From NCBI GenBank assembly GCA_010909165.1, contig VJWM01000173.1, positions 372,001 through 436,000 of the forward strand: a stretch of DNA of 64,000 bases. Reading direction: 5' to 3'. The notes beneath the pieces were generated by a model. That model was not told the DNA's origin. It did no database searches and saw only the letters and a program-made list of their open reading frames with translations. This stretch comes from Anthoceros angustus (Eukaryota > Plantae > Anthocerotophyta). Each line of letters opens with the position of its first letter. Positions within the stretch are counted from its first letter, which is position 1. This document shows positions 45,172 to 56,800 of this stretch, one piece after another. The position numbers were made by a program, and so were the translations under genes.

Positions 45172-48100
45172 CACTACTAGAAACATGGTGCCCATTTTCA
45201 TGAACTTTGACACAGTTCATTTCATTTCATTTCATTTCATTTCATTTCATTTCATTTCATTTCATTTCATTTCATTTCATTGGGAACTGTGTCAAACAGT
45301 TCCTGTTGCTTCTTGGGAAATGAAATGAACTTTGACACAGTTCTTGATACGGCCCTCTAGAACGTTACATTGCTTGCCGTTACGCAGGCTTTGCATACAA
45401 GCTCGCATTTGTTACCGCCACTAACACTTCCGGGTGCATTGTGTTCCTATTACCCGCCTCCCGTCTTTCCTTGTTGCCCCTTATAATACAATATTCAGTT
45501 TGTCTCGGTTTAAAGAGTGCTGAAGTCGCGGGCTCCACACGATGCGATGTCGAGGCAGGAGTTCCGCCTCCGCTTGTACGCGTTTTTAAGTCGTGGCTCA
45601 CATCGATGGCGTCGTCGTGTCCGCCCCTCTAGCATTCCATCGTGCATATGGCGTACGTGACATGGCTAGTGTGCCATGGAGGAAATGGAGCGATGGCCAT
45701 AAAGGCGCCACGTCGGACGGTCACGGCCACGTCATGTAAGTCGGTATGTCCGGTGAATGCCCATGCTAGGGTGAGTTGTGGGTACTTCCAAACAAGGGCA
45801 AACGATTTGACGGGCGGCAGCGAAGAGGGCGTGACCGCGTGACTCAATGCGGCGACTACGCGACGCCAAGCGCTGGGTGGATCGACCAGCGTCTTGGGAT
45901 GCCGCTTTGCATTACCTTTGTGAAGTCACTGCAAGCTCGTGGTCGGATGGTTTTGATCCCGTGTCCCCAAGGGATTTAGAGGTGGCCTTGAAATTTGGGA
46001 CTCAAAGAATGGCAATCGAAATGAGAGGGTCCAGTCCTACAAACACCGCAACAACAGCGGCGATGAACACTTGGGATCTCCACACGACAAACAACGTCGC
46101 AGTGGTTGCTAGCTAGTGGGAGCGCTCGAATGAATTGTGCCTCTTGCAAAACACCTGTGCACAATCAGTATCATGGAACATGACATTCCCTAGCGTACAG
46201 GCAGTGCATACATCAGACACCAAGTTTCTGACATGAACTGTGCCCAAGAAACTCGCCTTCAAAAACCTCCACGCTCTGTGGATCGGAAAGACACTTTATT
46301 CTAACAGTACGCATGCGATCGACACATGAGCCCATACAAGATCCCTCCAGCCAAGGTGTAGCACGCTCGACTATCATTTCGCCGCCTAGAAGCCGGAAAT
46401 GCCCTTCGCATTGCACATGAAATCGTGACAACAAAACCGCTCCACCACATTGTAAGTGAATGTAACTGGTTCAAAAACCTGGAAGTTTGCACTGCCCACT
46501 TGTTGCTTCATAAGCGTCACTATACCACATGCTCAAGGGATGTGAGCATGGATCGCAAGGCATACTGCCCCGCCCGAGTGTACCGACGCCATCCCATTGA
46601 GGGCCCCTTTCCCGCACATAGATATCTTGGCCCCATCCACTTGTGATATTGAGCCTCTTCTTGCAAAGATGTCCGCAAGTTCCCACAAATCCATTGTGCC
46701 TTGTTTGGTGTCGACATATTTTCACCAAATTGGGCCACCTTCGCACTACAAGAACGCCAAACTTGTTGGTCCCTACCATCGCATCGCAATACATTCTCTC
46801 CTTGAGTCTCAAACCTCGTGACAATGATATTGTCCCGCCATGCTGCCTCGATTATGCGGGTGCCGAAAACGAATATAGCGAGCTCTTTCGCCGCCCAGCC
46901 CACACCCAACCTTTCCGAGCATCGCCCACATCCGCCCTTTCCCCACCATCTCGGATGGCGAGCAGGACCATCGTCTTCAAGCTTGCCCTTGCTGCAAAAG
47001 CGATGATGCATTTGGGCAACCCCGATGCCTCCATGACTGGACCACCCACTTGCCATCTTCCCACCGAGCGGTGTCTTCGTCCCAAATCGGTAGGCCCGGA
47101 CATACACCTTCTCCTCACCTTCCACGGGCCCGAGGTCGCGCTCCAAATCGGAGGCGGCACTTCATCCCCCGGCTCCGTTGGGTGCGGAGCTGGCCGTCTG
47201 TGTCAGTGTCATAATCCGTTCCTTGACGCTCCATGCCTCCATCGCCTCCTCCCGGTGCTAAGCGGTATTCTATTGGCGGTGCCATTGCTAAGGACACCAG
47301 CTGCTCCATGCGCTGTGTGTCTGTAATGGGCTGGGACATGTCCGGCTGGAAGTAAGCCTCTGTCTCCGTGTTTCTTCCATGGCGCAGGCGCGACAGATGG
47401 CGGAGCACAATCTTGGTGAGAAAAACTGCAGAACCTGGATTGTGACGACACACCGCCCTCTTCCCTGTCAGCATATGGAAGAAAGCAGCCTTGCTGGGTG
47501 TGGAGAACACTTACCGGCCGGGATGCAGTTCGATATCGCTTCCTCAGGATGGTGGTTGTCTGCGCTCTTGGTGGCAAGCACATTTAGTACACACATTTCC
47601 GGGCATGAGTTTTCGCCATAAAGCACTTGCCGTTGGAGTTCTGGCAGCCCTCACGCGTGATCGCCATCGGCGACAAATACTCACCATCGCCACTTCATTC
47701 TCACCTCGCCTTCCTCGCGACCGCGAAGGAAAGAAGCTCTCGCCTCCTTGTCAATCCTCGCGGCACAATGGTCCGGCCGGATCCGGAGTTCACAACGTGC
47801 ATGTCTTGTCCATGCCCAAGTTGTGAAGCACCATTAAAATTCGGCGCCATTTCGGCTCGGCGCCGGAAACAATCCGGTCTTGGTTCCGCGGTGTGTACTT
47901 GATGTTTTTACAGCTCTTTCGTGGATGCGAGCGATGATCCTGACCCCCTCATGCCGCATTGAGTTCGCCCGCGATGCCCATTCTCATGAAGTTGGCAATG
48001 GCCACCCGCCTTGTCTGCACATGGGGCCAGCCGATATTCGGCGTGATGCACAGCCGCGCCGCCGGCGTCCCGCAAATGCGTGCGGGTGAACCGCGACCAC

Positions 48101-50395
48101 CGCGGCGGATCAGGAGCCAATGCGGTTGGTGTATGGTTGTGAAAGAGGACATACTGCGGACCTTGATGCGGACGGACAGCGATGCGGTGGCGCTGCAGAC
48201 CGCCGCGGACATGGCGCGCTGCGGACCTTCATGCGACGGAGGAGATTACGTGGACTTGGATGAAGCTGTTGGCGGCTGGTGTTCCGACGTATGGCAAGGA
48301 GAGAGCATATGCAGGGATCTTTGCGGAAATGCCCTTGTTCACCATCGCAACCTTGCACCTCAAAAGAGTCCGCTTAATCGCAACCCTGCTTTCCATTCAA
48401 ACTCGTTATGGCATACCGGCGTCGCGATGTCGGTTATTGCGATTGTTGAAATGCATTTGTTGCTCCGAGAGGTCTACTTCGTCGATGGCCGGAGGCTAAA
48501 AGACATTATCTTGCCAGGCGCACTTCAAGAAAATTCATGCTGTAAATGACGCATCTTTGTTGAGAGCCCCTATGCGGACCACAGCGGAATGCATTAAATG
48601 CTCGCAGACGGATATGTCGAGGGCAAGTGGGCCGCTTAGAGAGCTCCAGAGTTCTGGCACTTCCATTTGATAGGCTCAGCCCGCATGTTTAGAGCACGAC
48701 ATAATCGAGGCTAATGACGACAACATGGATCTGCGAGCACTGAGATGGGTCCATGGGCATAATGGCCGACATACCAAGCATGGGAGGTTTTAGATGGATT
48801 GGATGGCTTTGGCTCGGAACCGAAACATCCGGTCTCGCTCTTGCAGCGGACGGGTTTAACCCATTGGACACAAGTCCACAACTACATCTATATAACTGTT
48901 ATGCTATTCTTACACAACCTTCCACCATGGCTAAGCACGAAATCCGCTTACCATCATGCCGCTTTTATTGTGTCGGCCCTATTTATGCCGAACTTTGATG
49001 TTTATGGGAACCTCTTTTGGAGAGTTGAGACACCTGCATGGGATACCCATGGACGACTTCTCTTTCGGCGGACTGCTGGCCGGCGCTCACTTCTGACATT
49101 GCACACCATAGTGATTATCCCAGGGCATTGGCACACCCACGGCTTTCGGTGAAGGGTTGAGGCATGTGGAATGTTGGGATGGCTTAGACTCTCGGCTGGG
49201 CCCACCACGTGCGGAGGAGTACCTTGGCTCTCGGTGGCTTCCGCCCAATCATCCCATGCGGTGTGACATGGACCGGTACAACAATGAAGTGGGCGGCGGC
49301 CTCGTCCCAATCCCCCTCGTTTGACGCCTAATGGCGGAACATGGAAAAGAGATAATGCAATGTCCGGAGTTGAGGGAGAGGCAAGTTTGGCACCATATAA
49401 AGGCTTATGGTTTGATTACTGTGGTATTGGAGACACATCTTGAGGTGGACACAAAGGGATGTTATGCACATTGAGAAGAACAATGCGAGGCTTTGTGGCA
49501 GGCACCTTCATAGGAGAAAGATGATCTACGATCCTTTAGACATGGAAGAATACGAGGCAAGCATGAGCTATGGCCATTGCTAGAACATAGGAGACCTTCT
49601 TGCATCAGATGTCTTATCCAAGCCACGGACTTGGATATGGTTTTATGGATCACGAGGCCATACGGCTACTAACCTCGGATACGCATCAAACATCGCTGCA
49701 AAACTCAAGGCGTCTGGGAAACCTCAAAGCTCATGATTGGCATGTTGTCATGGAGATTTATTTCCCTATTGTCTTCACGGGACGAATCAAGCCCTCGATA
49801 CAAAGGTGGCCTTCCCTCGAAACTATATTCTTGGATATGCCAACGTCGGATTCGGCATGAGGTTGGGAGAATGCAACAAGAGTGCATCGGTCATGTGTCA
49901 CTGGAAGAAATTTCCACCCAACTTGTTTGATATTTCGACGATCTCATTATTCACTTGTTGGATGATGTATGCGGCATTGGGCCCGATAAGCGCTGGATGT
50001 ATCCCGTGGAGAGGTATTTGGGAGCGGGAAGGACACTATTAGACATCGAAGTAGCAAACCCGAGGATGGCGGAGGGATATGTGAGGAGGAATCTTTCTTT
50101 GTATGCTAAGTCGTACCTTAGTGTATGGGCGGGACTTTTCGATGGCAGTAAGCAACAATCCCCGTCGTTGTAGGAAAAGTCCGTTCCCAAAGGATAATGA
50201 TAGGCGTTTACAGCGTTCGGTGATTCTTCTGAGTCCTTAGCGCTCGTTCGGTCTCGGCACACACATACTCCTAACTACTCTAGCGTGCCGTCTGAGGCGG
50301 TATGGCGTTTAGGGACCCGTTCTGCGTATCGTTCACATACATCCTTCACGCATCGATCCTTTCCTCTCCTCTCACGCTACACTCTTGATCTTAGA
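45172..50395 (+). mobile_element. CACTA (En/Spm) DNA transposon, decayed Tnp2-type transposase
   Basis: Candidate left terminus CACTACTAGAAA at 45172. Transposase motifs LAADGFNP (~48840), DVMHIEKN (~49460), LKAHDWHV, RWMYPVERYLG, MAEGYV. Heavily frameshifted. Confidence 0.8.
45216..45280 (+). repeat. (TTCAT)n microsatellite, about 13 units, flanked by a 13-bp inverted repeat
   Basis: tttgacacagttc at 45206-45218 and gaactgtgtcaaa at 45284-45296. Confidence 0.92.
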
Positions 50396-50829
50396 AAAAA
50401 GCTCTCGCCTCCTTGTCAATCCTCGCGGCACAATGGTCCGGCCGGATCCGGAGTTCACAACGTGCATGTCTTGTCCATGCCCAAGTTGTGAAGCACCATT
50501 AAAATTCGGCGCCATTTCGGCTCGGCGCCGGAAACAATCCGGTCTTGGTTCCGCGGTGTGTACTTGATGTTTTACAGCTCTTTCGTGGATGCGAGCGATG
50601 ATCCTGACCCCCTCATGCCCGCATTGAGTTCCGCCCGCAGCCGATGCCCATTCTCATGAAGTTGGCAATGGCCACCCGCCTTGTCTGCACATGGGGCCAG
50701 CCGATATTCGGCGTGATGCACAGCCGCGCCGCCGGCGTCCCGCAAATGCGTGCGGGGTGAACCGCGACCACCGCGGCGGATCAGGAGCCAATGCGGTTGG
50801 TGTATGGTTGTGAAAGAGGACATACTGCG

Positions 50830-53800
50830 GACCTTGATCAATCTCCCGGGCCGTGCACCTTTCGGTGACTCGGGACTCACGTTAGCAAGACTCACAAAGG
50901 TGCGCAAAGCGGCATCAACACCAAGAAAGATGCTTTACTAGGCGACCTCGGCCCTCTTATCTGCGCCCAAGGTGGCGTCTTTATTACCCCTATTACGGTG
51001 ATAGCTCGGTATACCTAATCGACGCCTACCACTATCCCCCTATCTCCTTCGCCCGTACAGGAAGGTCACAGGCCCTCCTCGGAATGGGTGGTCAATCCCC
51101 GTCAGCGGTTGTGGTGCACCCAATCGGATGATCCGTGAGGCGGGGCCCCTCCTCTCCCGGAATCACAGCCGGGTTGGGCTCTGGCGTGATCGACAGCCGC
51201 CGTTACCACGGCGTCATCCTCCTGGCCCCTCCACGGTCCCGCGGTGGGGCCACCTCGGCTCCCCTAAGCGTAAGTCGAAGGGGCTCCTCCTTCTTGCCGC
51301 GGCCGGTCCTCGAGGTCTGTCTCGACTCCACAGAAGTCCGGCTTATTCTGGTCCGGCTGGGTCGCCTTGTCTGCAGGGGTCCGGACCTCGGTCGGACTTG
51401 TGGGGTCGGACTTGAGTCGGACTTATTAGGTCGGACTTGAGGTCGGACTTAGAGTCGGACTTGGTCCGGCCTCCTCGGTCAGGACAAAGTCCGGACTCAC
51501 CCGGGTTTCCTCCCTCACGGGACTCCTCAGTGGCTCTCCCTCGAAGTCCTCCCATTCCCGATCGCCCGTGACTCCGCCGTTGGCCCCTCCTTCCATGGGT
51601 GCGGTGCTTACCTCGATCGCATCGCGCTCCCTCGTTGCTCCTCGGTTGCTCCTCTCGCGCTCCGTCATCTCCAAGCAGGGCCACTAGGGTCCTGTCATCC
51701 CGTGGCCTTCATCTCCTTGAGCCTTCCGGTCCGTCGTGCGGCGTCGAGGCTTCTTGAGGAGCTCGGCGTGGTAATAGGCAAAGTCGATCGACTTGTTGAA
51801 TTGCCTCTTCCACGTGTGCGGGCACCGATACTCCCTCGCCATAAGTGTTCGGCGTCTTTGCGTCTTTGTTGGGCTGCATTTGTTGCGAGAGGAATTCCGC
51901 CCAAGTCGATGTGACGGAGGCTAAAAGACATTGTCCTTCGGGCCGCAGAAAATTCATGCATGTAAATGAGCATCTTGTTTGAGGCCTACGGACCACGGAA
52001 TGCATTAAATGCTCTGCACAGATATGTCGAGGCGGTGGGGCCCAAGCGCTAGGAGAGCTCCAGAAAGTTCATGGCACTTTCCATGAAGGATAAAGGCCCG
52101 CATGTTTAGAGCACCGACAACACCAAGAAAGATGCTTTACTAGGCGGCCTCGGCCCTCTTATCTGCGCCCAAGGCGGCGTCTTTATTACACCCCTATTAA
52201 TTCGTGCTTGTTCGGTATACCTAATCGGCCGCCTACCCTATCCCCCTATCTCCTTCGCCGGTGTGGGAAGGTCACAGGCCCCTCGGAATGGGTGGTCAAT
52301 CCCGCGTGATTGTGGTGCACCCAATCGGATGATCCGTGGAGGGGCCCCTCCTCTCCCGGAATCATCGGGTTGGGCTCTGGCGGTCGACAGCCGTTACCAG
52401 CGTCATCCTCCTGGCCTCCACAGGTCCTTGGCGGTGGGGCCACCCGCTCTCGGCTCCCCTAAGCGTAAGTCGAAGGGGCTCCTCCTTCTTGCCCGGCCGG
52501 TCCTCGAGGTCTGTCTCGACTCTCAGAACTTGAGTCAAACACAGGTCCGGCTTCAGCCTCTGCAGGTCCGGACCTCGGTCGGTTATTAGGACTTGGTCCG
52601 GACTTATTGGACTTGAGTCGGACTTATTGAGTCCGGACTTGATCGGCCTCCCCTGGGGTCGGACAAAGTCAGGACTCACGCCACCGGGTTTCCTCCCTCA
52701 CGGGACTCCTCAGTGGCTCTCCCTCGAAGTCCTCCATGTTCCCGATCCGGTGACTCCTTCGTTGGCCCCTCCTTCCATGGTGAGGTGCGGGGTGCTTACC
52801 TCGCATCCGCTCCCTCGTTCCTCTCCGGTTGCTCCTCTCCGCTCCGTCATCTCAAGCAGGGGCCACTAGGGTCCCTGTCTTTGTCCCGTGGCCTTCATCT
52901 CCTTGAGCCTTCCGGTCCGTCCGTTTGCGGCCGTCGAGGCTTCTCTGAGAGCTCGGTGGTAATAGGCAAAGTCTGATCGACTTGAATTGCCTCTTCCACG
53001 TGTGCGGGCACCGATACTCCCTCGCCATAAGTGTTGGAGCGTCTTTGCCCGGCTTGTTGGGCCACCTCTCTGCCCGGTTGTGGTGGGCGTATCACGTGAG
53101 GCTACAAGGCGGCCTCGGTCACCTCTGCAGTGCATTGTTGCTCCACTTGCTCCGGCTCCGTCGTTTCCTTTCCGCCCGACTTACCGCCATGGCGGCGTTC
53201 CCTTCCGCCTTTCTCGGTGGACCGGCGGCTTCTTTTACCTTCCGGTGCTCGCGCTCCCGTTCATTCGGCCTTTAGCTGACTCCTCTCCGGCGGTCGGATA
53301 CCTCCGTCAGGCTCGGACTTCCTCCGGCTCATACATGGCAGCAGCGTCCAACTCCTTGGATGATCGCGATTTTCCTCCGTCTTGACGAGGCCGGGCACTC
53401 TTTCGTGCTCGAGTCGTGGATTCTCGTTGAGAATCACTGCTTTCAAGCGCATCTTGGGTTGTAGCTCAGCGTGTCCTTCTTTGTCCTCCATCTGCTGCCG
53501 CCTCCTTCTACCTCCTGCGGTACTCGGAGATCCTCTATCTCCCAGTCTTGGCCCTTACTGCTCCATAGCCTTTGTCACGCGGCCTTGAGTTAGCCTCATG
53601 CTGCGACTCTCTCCACGGTTCGATCACGTGCATGGTGATCCGGTCGCTCTTCACGCGGAGGCTCCTTCGCCGCCTTTACAGGCCTCGCCCACTTGGCCTC
53701 TGGCCGGGCCGCCTCCGCCCGGTCGAGCTCTCTGCTTGTGCCGGGCCTCTTCCGCCTCTGCTGCGCTTCCCTCTTAGCTGCAAGGTCCTCCGCGCTTGGG

Positions 53801-56800
53801 CCTCCCAGCTTGCTTGACGCCTGTGAAGAACCTTGTGATCTTGCGGGCCTCGCGCTCCACCGGCGTTTCCCTTCCTCGATCGAGGACTCCGCCTTTCCTT
53901 TGCCCCTGGGCGCCTTCACTTGCTCTTGGGTTCCACCATGGCTAAGCACGAAATCCGCTTATACCATCATCGCTTATTGTGCGGGCCCCTCACATTGTGC
54001 CGAACTTTGATGTTTACATGGAACCTCTTTTGGAGGAGTTGAGAGACTGTGGCATGGGATACCCATGGACGACTTCTCTTTCCGTGGGCCGGCCAGCGGC
54101 GGCGCTTCACGTTGCGGCATTTGCACACCATAGCGATTATCCGGGCATTGGCACACTCCACGGCTTTCGGTGAAGGGTTCAAGGGCATGTGCGGAATGTT
54201 GGGATGGCTTAGACTCGCTGGGCCCACCACGTGCGAAGGAGGAGTACCTTGGCTCGGCGGTGGCTTCGCCCAATCATCCCATGCGGGGTGGACCGGTACA
54301 ACAATGAAGTGGGCGGCCTCGTCCCAATCCCCTCGTTTGACGCTAATGGCGGACATGGAAAAGAGATAATGCAACAGTCGGGAGTTGAGGGAGAGGCAAG
54401 TTTGGCACCGCAAAAGCTTATGGTTTGATTACCGTATTGGAGACACATCTTTGAGGTGGACACAAAGGGATGTTATGCACATTGAGAAGAACAATGCGAG
54501 GCTTTGTGGCGGACCTTCATAGGAGAGAAAGATGATCTGATCCCGTTTAGACATGGAAGAATACGGGGCAAGCATGAGCTATGGCCATTGCTAGAATAGG
54601 AGACCTTCTTGCACCTCCGTATGTCTTATCAAGCCGGACTTGGATATGGTTTTGGAGATGCAGCCATACTGTTACTGGATACGCATCAAACATCGCTGCA
54701 AAAGCCGTCCAAGGAAACCTCAAGCTCATGATTGGCATGTTGTCATGGAGATTTATTTCCCTATTGTCTTACGGGACGAATCAAGCCCTCGATACAAAGC
54801 GGTGACGCCTCGAAAACTATATTTGGATATGCCAAGCGTCGGATTCCGGGGCATGAGGTTGGGAGAATGCAACAAGAGTGCATCGGGGTCATGTGTCGTT
54901 TGGAAAAGAGAATTTCCACCCAACTTGTTTGATATTTCGACGCATCTCATTATTCACTTGGTGGATGATGTTGCGGCATTGGGCCCGACAAGTGTGTTGG
55001 ATGTATCACTGTGGAGAGGTATTTGGGGAGGCGGGAAGGACACTATTAGACGTAGCAAACAGGAGCGGTATGGCGGAGGGATATGTGAGGAGGAATCTTT
55101 CTTTGTATGCTAAGTCACCTTAGTGAAGCTGTGGGACTTTTCTTGATGGCGGAGTAGCGCACAATCCGTGTCGTTAGGAAGAAGTCCGTTCCCAAAGGGA
55201 ATGATAGGCCCGTTTACGCGTTTGGTGATTCTTACCGTCATAGCGCTCGTCTCACATACTCCTAACTTCTCACGTTCACCGTCTGAGGCCGGTATGGCCA
55301 AGCGTTTGAGACCCGTTCGCGTCCGTATCGTTCACATACATCCTTCACGCATCGATCCTTTCCTCTCTCCTCTCACGCTACACTCTTGATCTTAGAAAAA
55401 GCGGATTCTGTGATCCGGTCGCTCTTCACGCGGCTTGAGCTCGCCGCCTTTACAGGCCTCGCCCATTTGGCCTCTGGCCGGGCCGCCTCCGCGGTCCGAG
55501 CTCTCTGCTTGTGCCGGGCCTCTTGCCTCTGCTGCGCTTCCCTCTTCGCTGCAAGGTCCTCCGCGGGCCTCAGGCTTGCTTGGTGTTCGCCTGGTGAAGA
55601 ACCTTGATCTGTGAACGCCGGGCCTCGCTCCGCCACCGGCGTTTCCCTTCCTCGATCCGAGGGACTCCGCCTTTCCTTTGCCTCGGCGCCTTCACTTGCT
55701 CTTGGGTTCCACCATCCTCCTCGGGTGGCCTCCACTTCCAGGTCTTCTCTGTACCAGAGACCCCAAAGCATTCCGTCCATGAGCAGGACTTCGCCGTGTT
55801 TCTTCCACGGCCAGTGGTGAGGCCCCACAAAGTCCGTAGTGGGGCCGGCATTTCTCGATGAGGACCTCCATACCCTTGATCCGGGAGTCGGTGGGTTCTC
55901 GGACCTAATCGGGACCCTCGGGTCACAGTGGTGGTCGAGTCTCACCCTCTTTGGCCCTCTTGGCCTCTAACTCCTTTGTGCCCTCTTTCTCACAGGGCTC
56001 GGAGGAGGTGAGTCGGGAGCAAGCTCTTTTGCCCCTTCGGGGCAGGCCGGCTCGGTGTGCTGCCGGTGACCTCTGCTCCTTGGGCCACGTCCCTTCTGCC
56101 CTCCTTACGCCTCTTGACCTCTTGCCACTCAGGTGGGCGGGGGTAAGTCTCGGCATACGAGGTCTTTGCGTTGGTAAGCGGCACCGTCTTAGCCTCTTGA
56201 CTCCCGTTGAGTTCGTCGGGGCTCGGCCGTCGTGGTTGTTGGCTGTTACATCGGTCGGGCCGCCAGCGCCCTCCGGCTCGGCTCCCTCACATCTTGCTCG
56301 GAGGGCACCAAAAGGAGGAAGGGGTCGCCTCCCAAACTTCCACAGGTGGTGAGGGGTTCGCTCGCGTATGGTCGGAATCCCTCGATCGTCCTCCTCCGAG
56401 TCGCTTGGTCTTGAAGGGCGACCCCCACCTCAGGCGCCCTTGCACGCTCTACAGCGGGGCCTCTCGTCCGGGCTCTACACACCCTCCGAGTTCCTCCGGC
56501 TCACGTTCAGTCAGTTCGGTGTCGGACGCGGCTCGGCGAGCACGGATCACGGTCACCCTTCCTGCACACACACCACACAGCGTTAAGTCCGTCACGGGAC
56601 CTTGATCAATCTCCCGGGCTGCTCGGTGACTCGGGACTCACGTTAGCAAGAAGACTCACAAAGGTGCAAAGCGGCATCAACACCAAGAAAGATGCTTTAC
56701 TAGGCTCGGCCCTCTTATCTGCGCCCAAGGTGGCGTCTTTATTACACCCCTATTACGGGCGATAGCCTCGGTATACCTAATCGACGCCTACCCTATCCCC

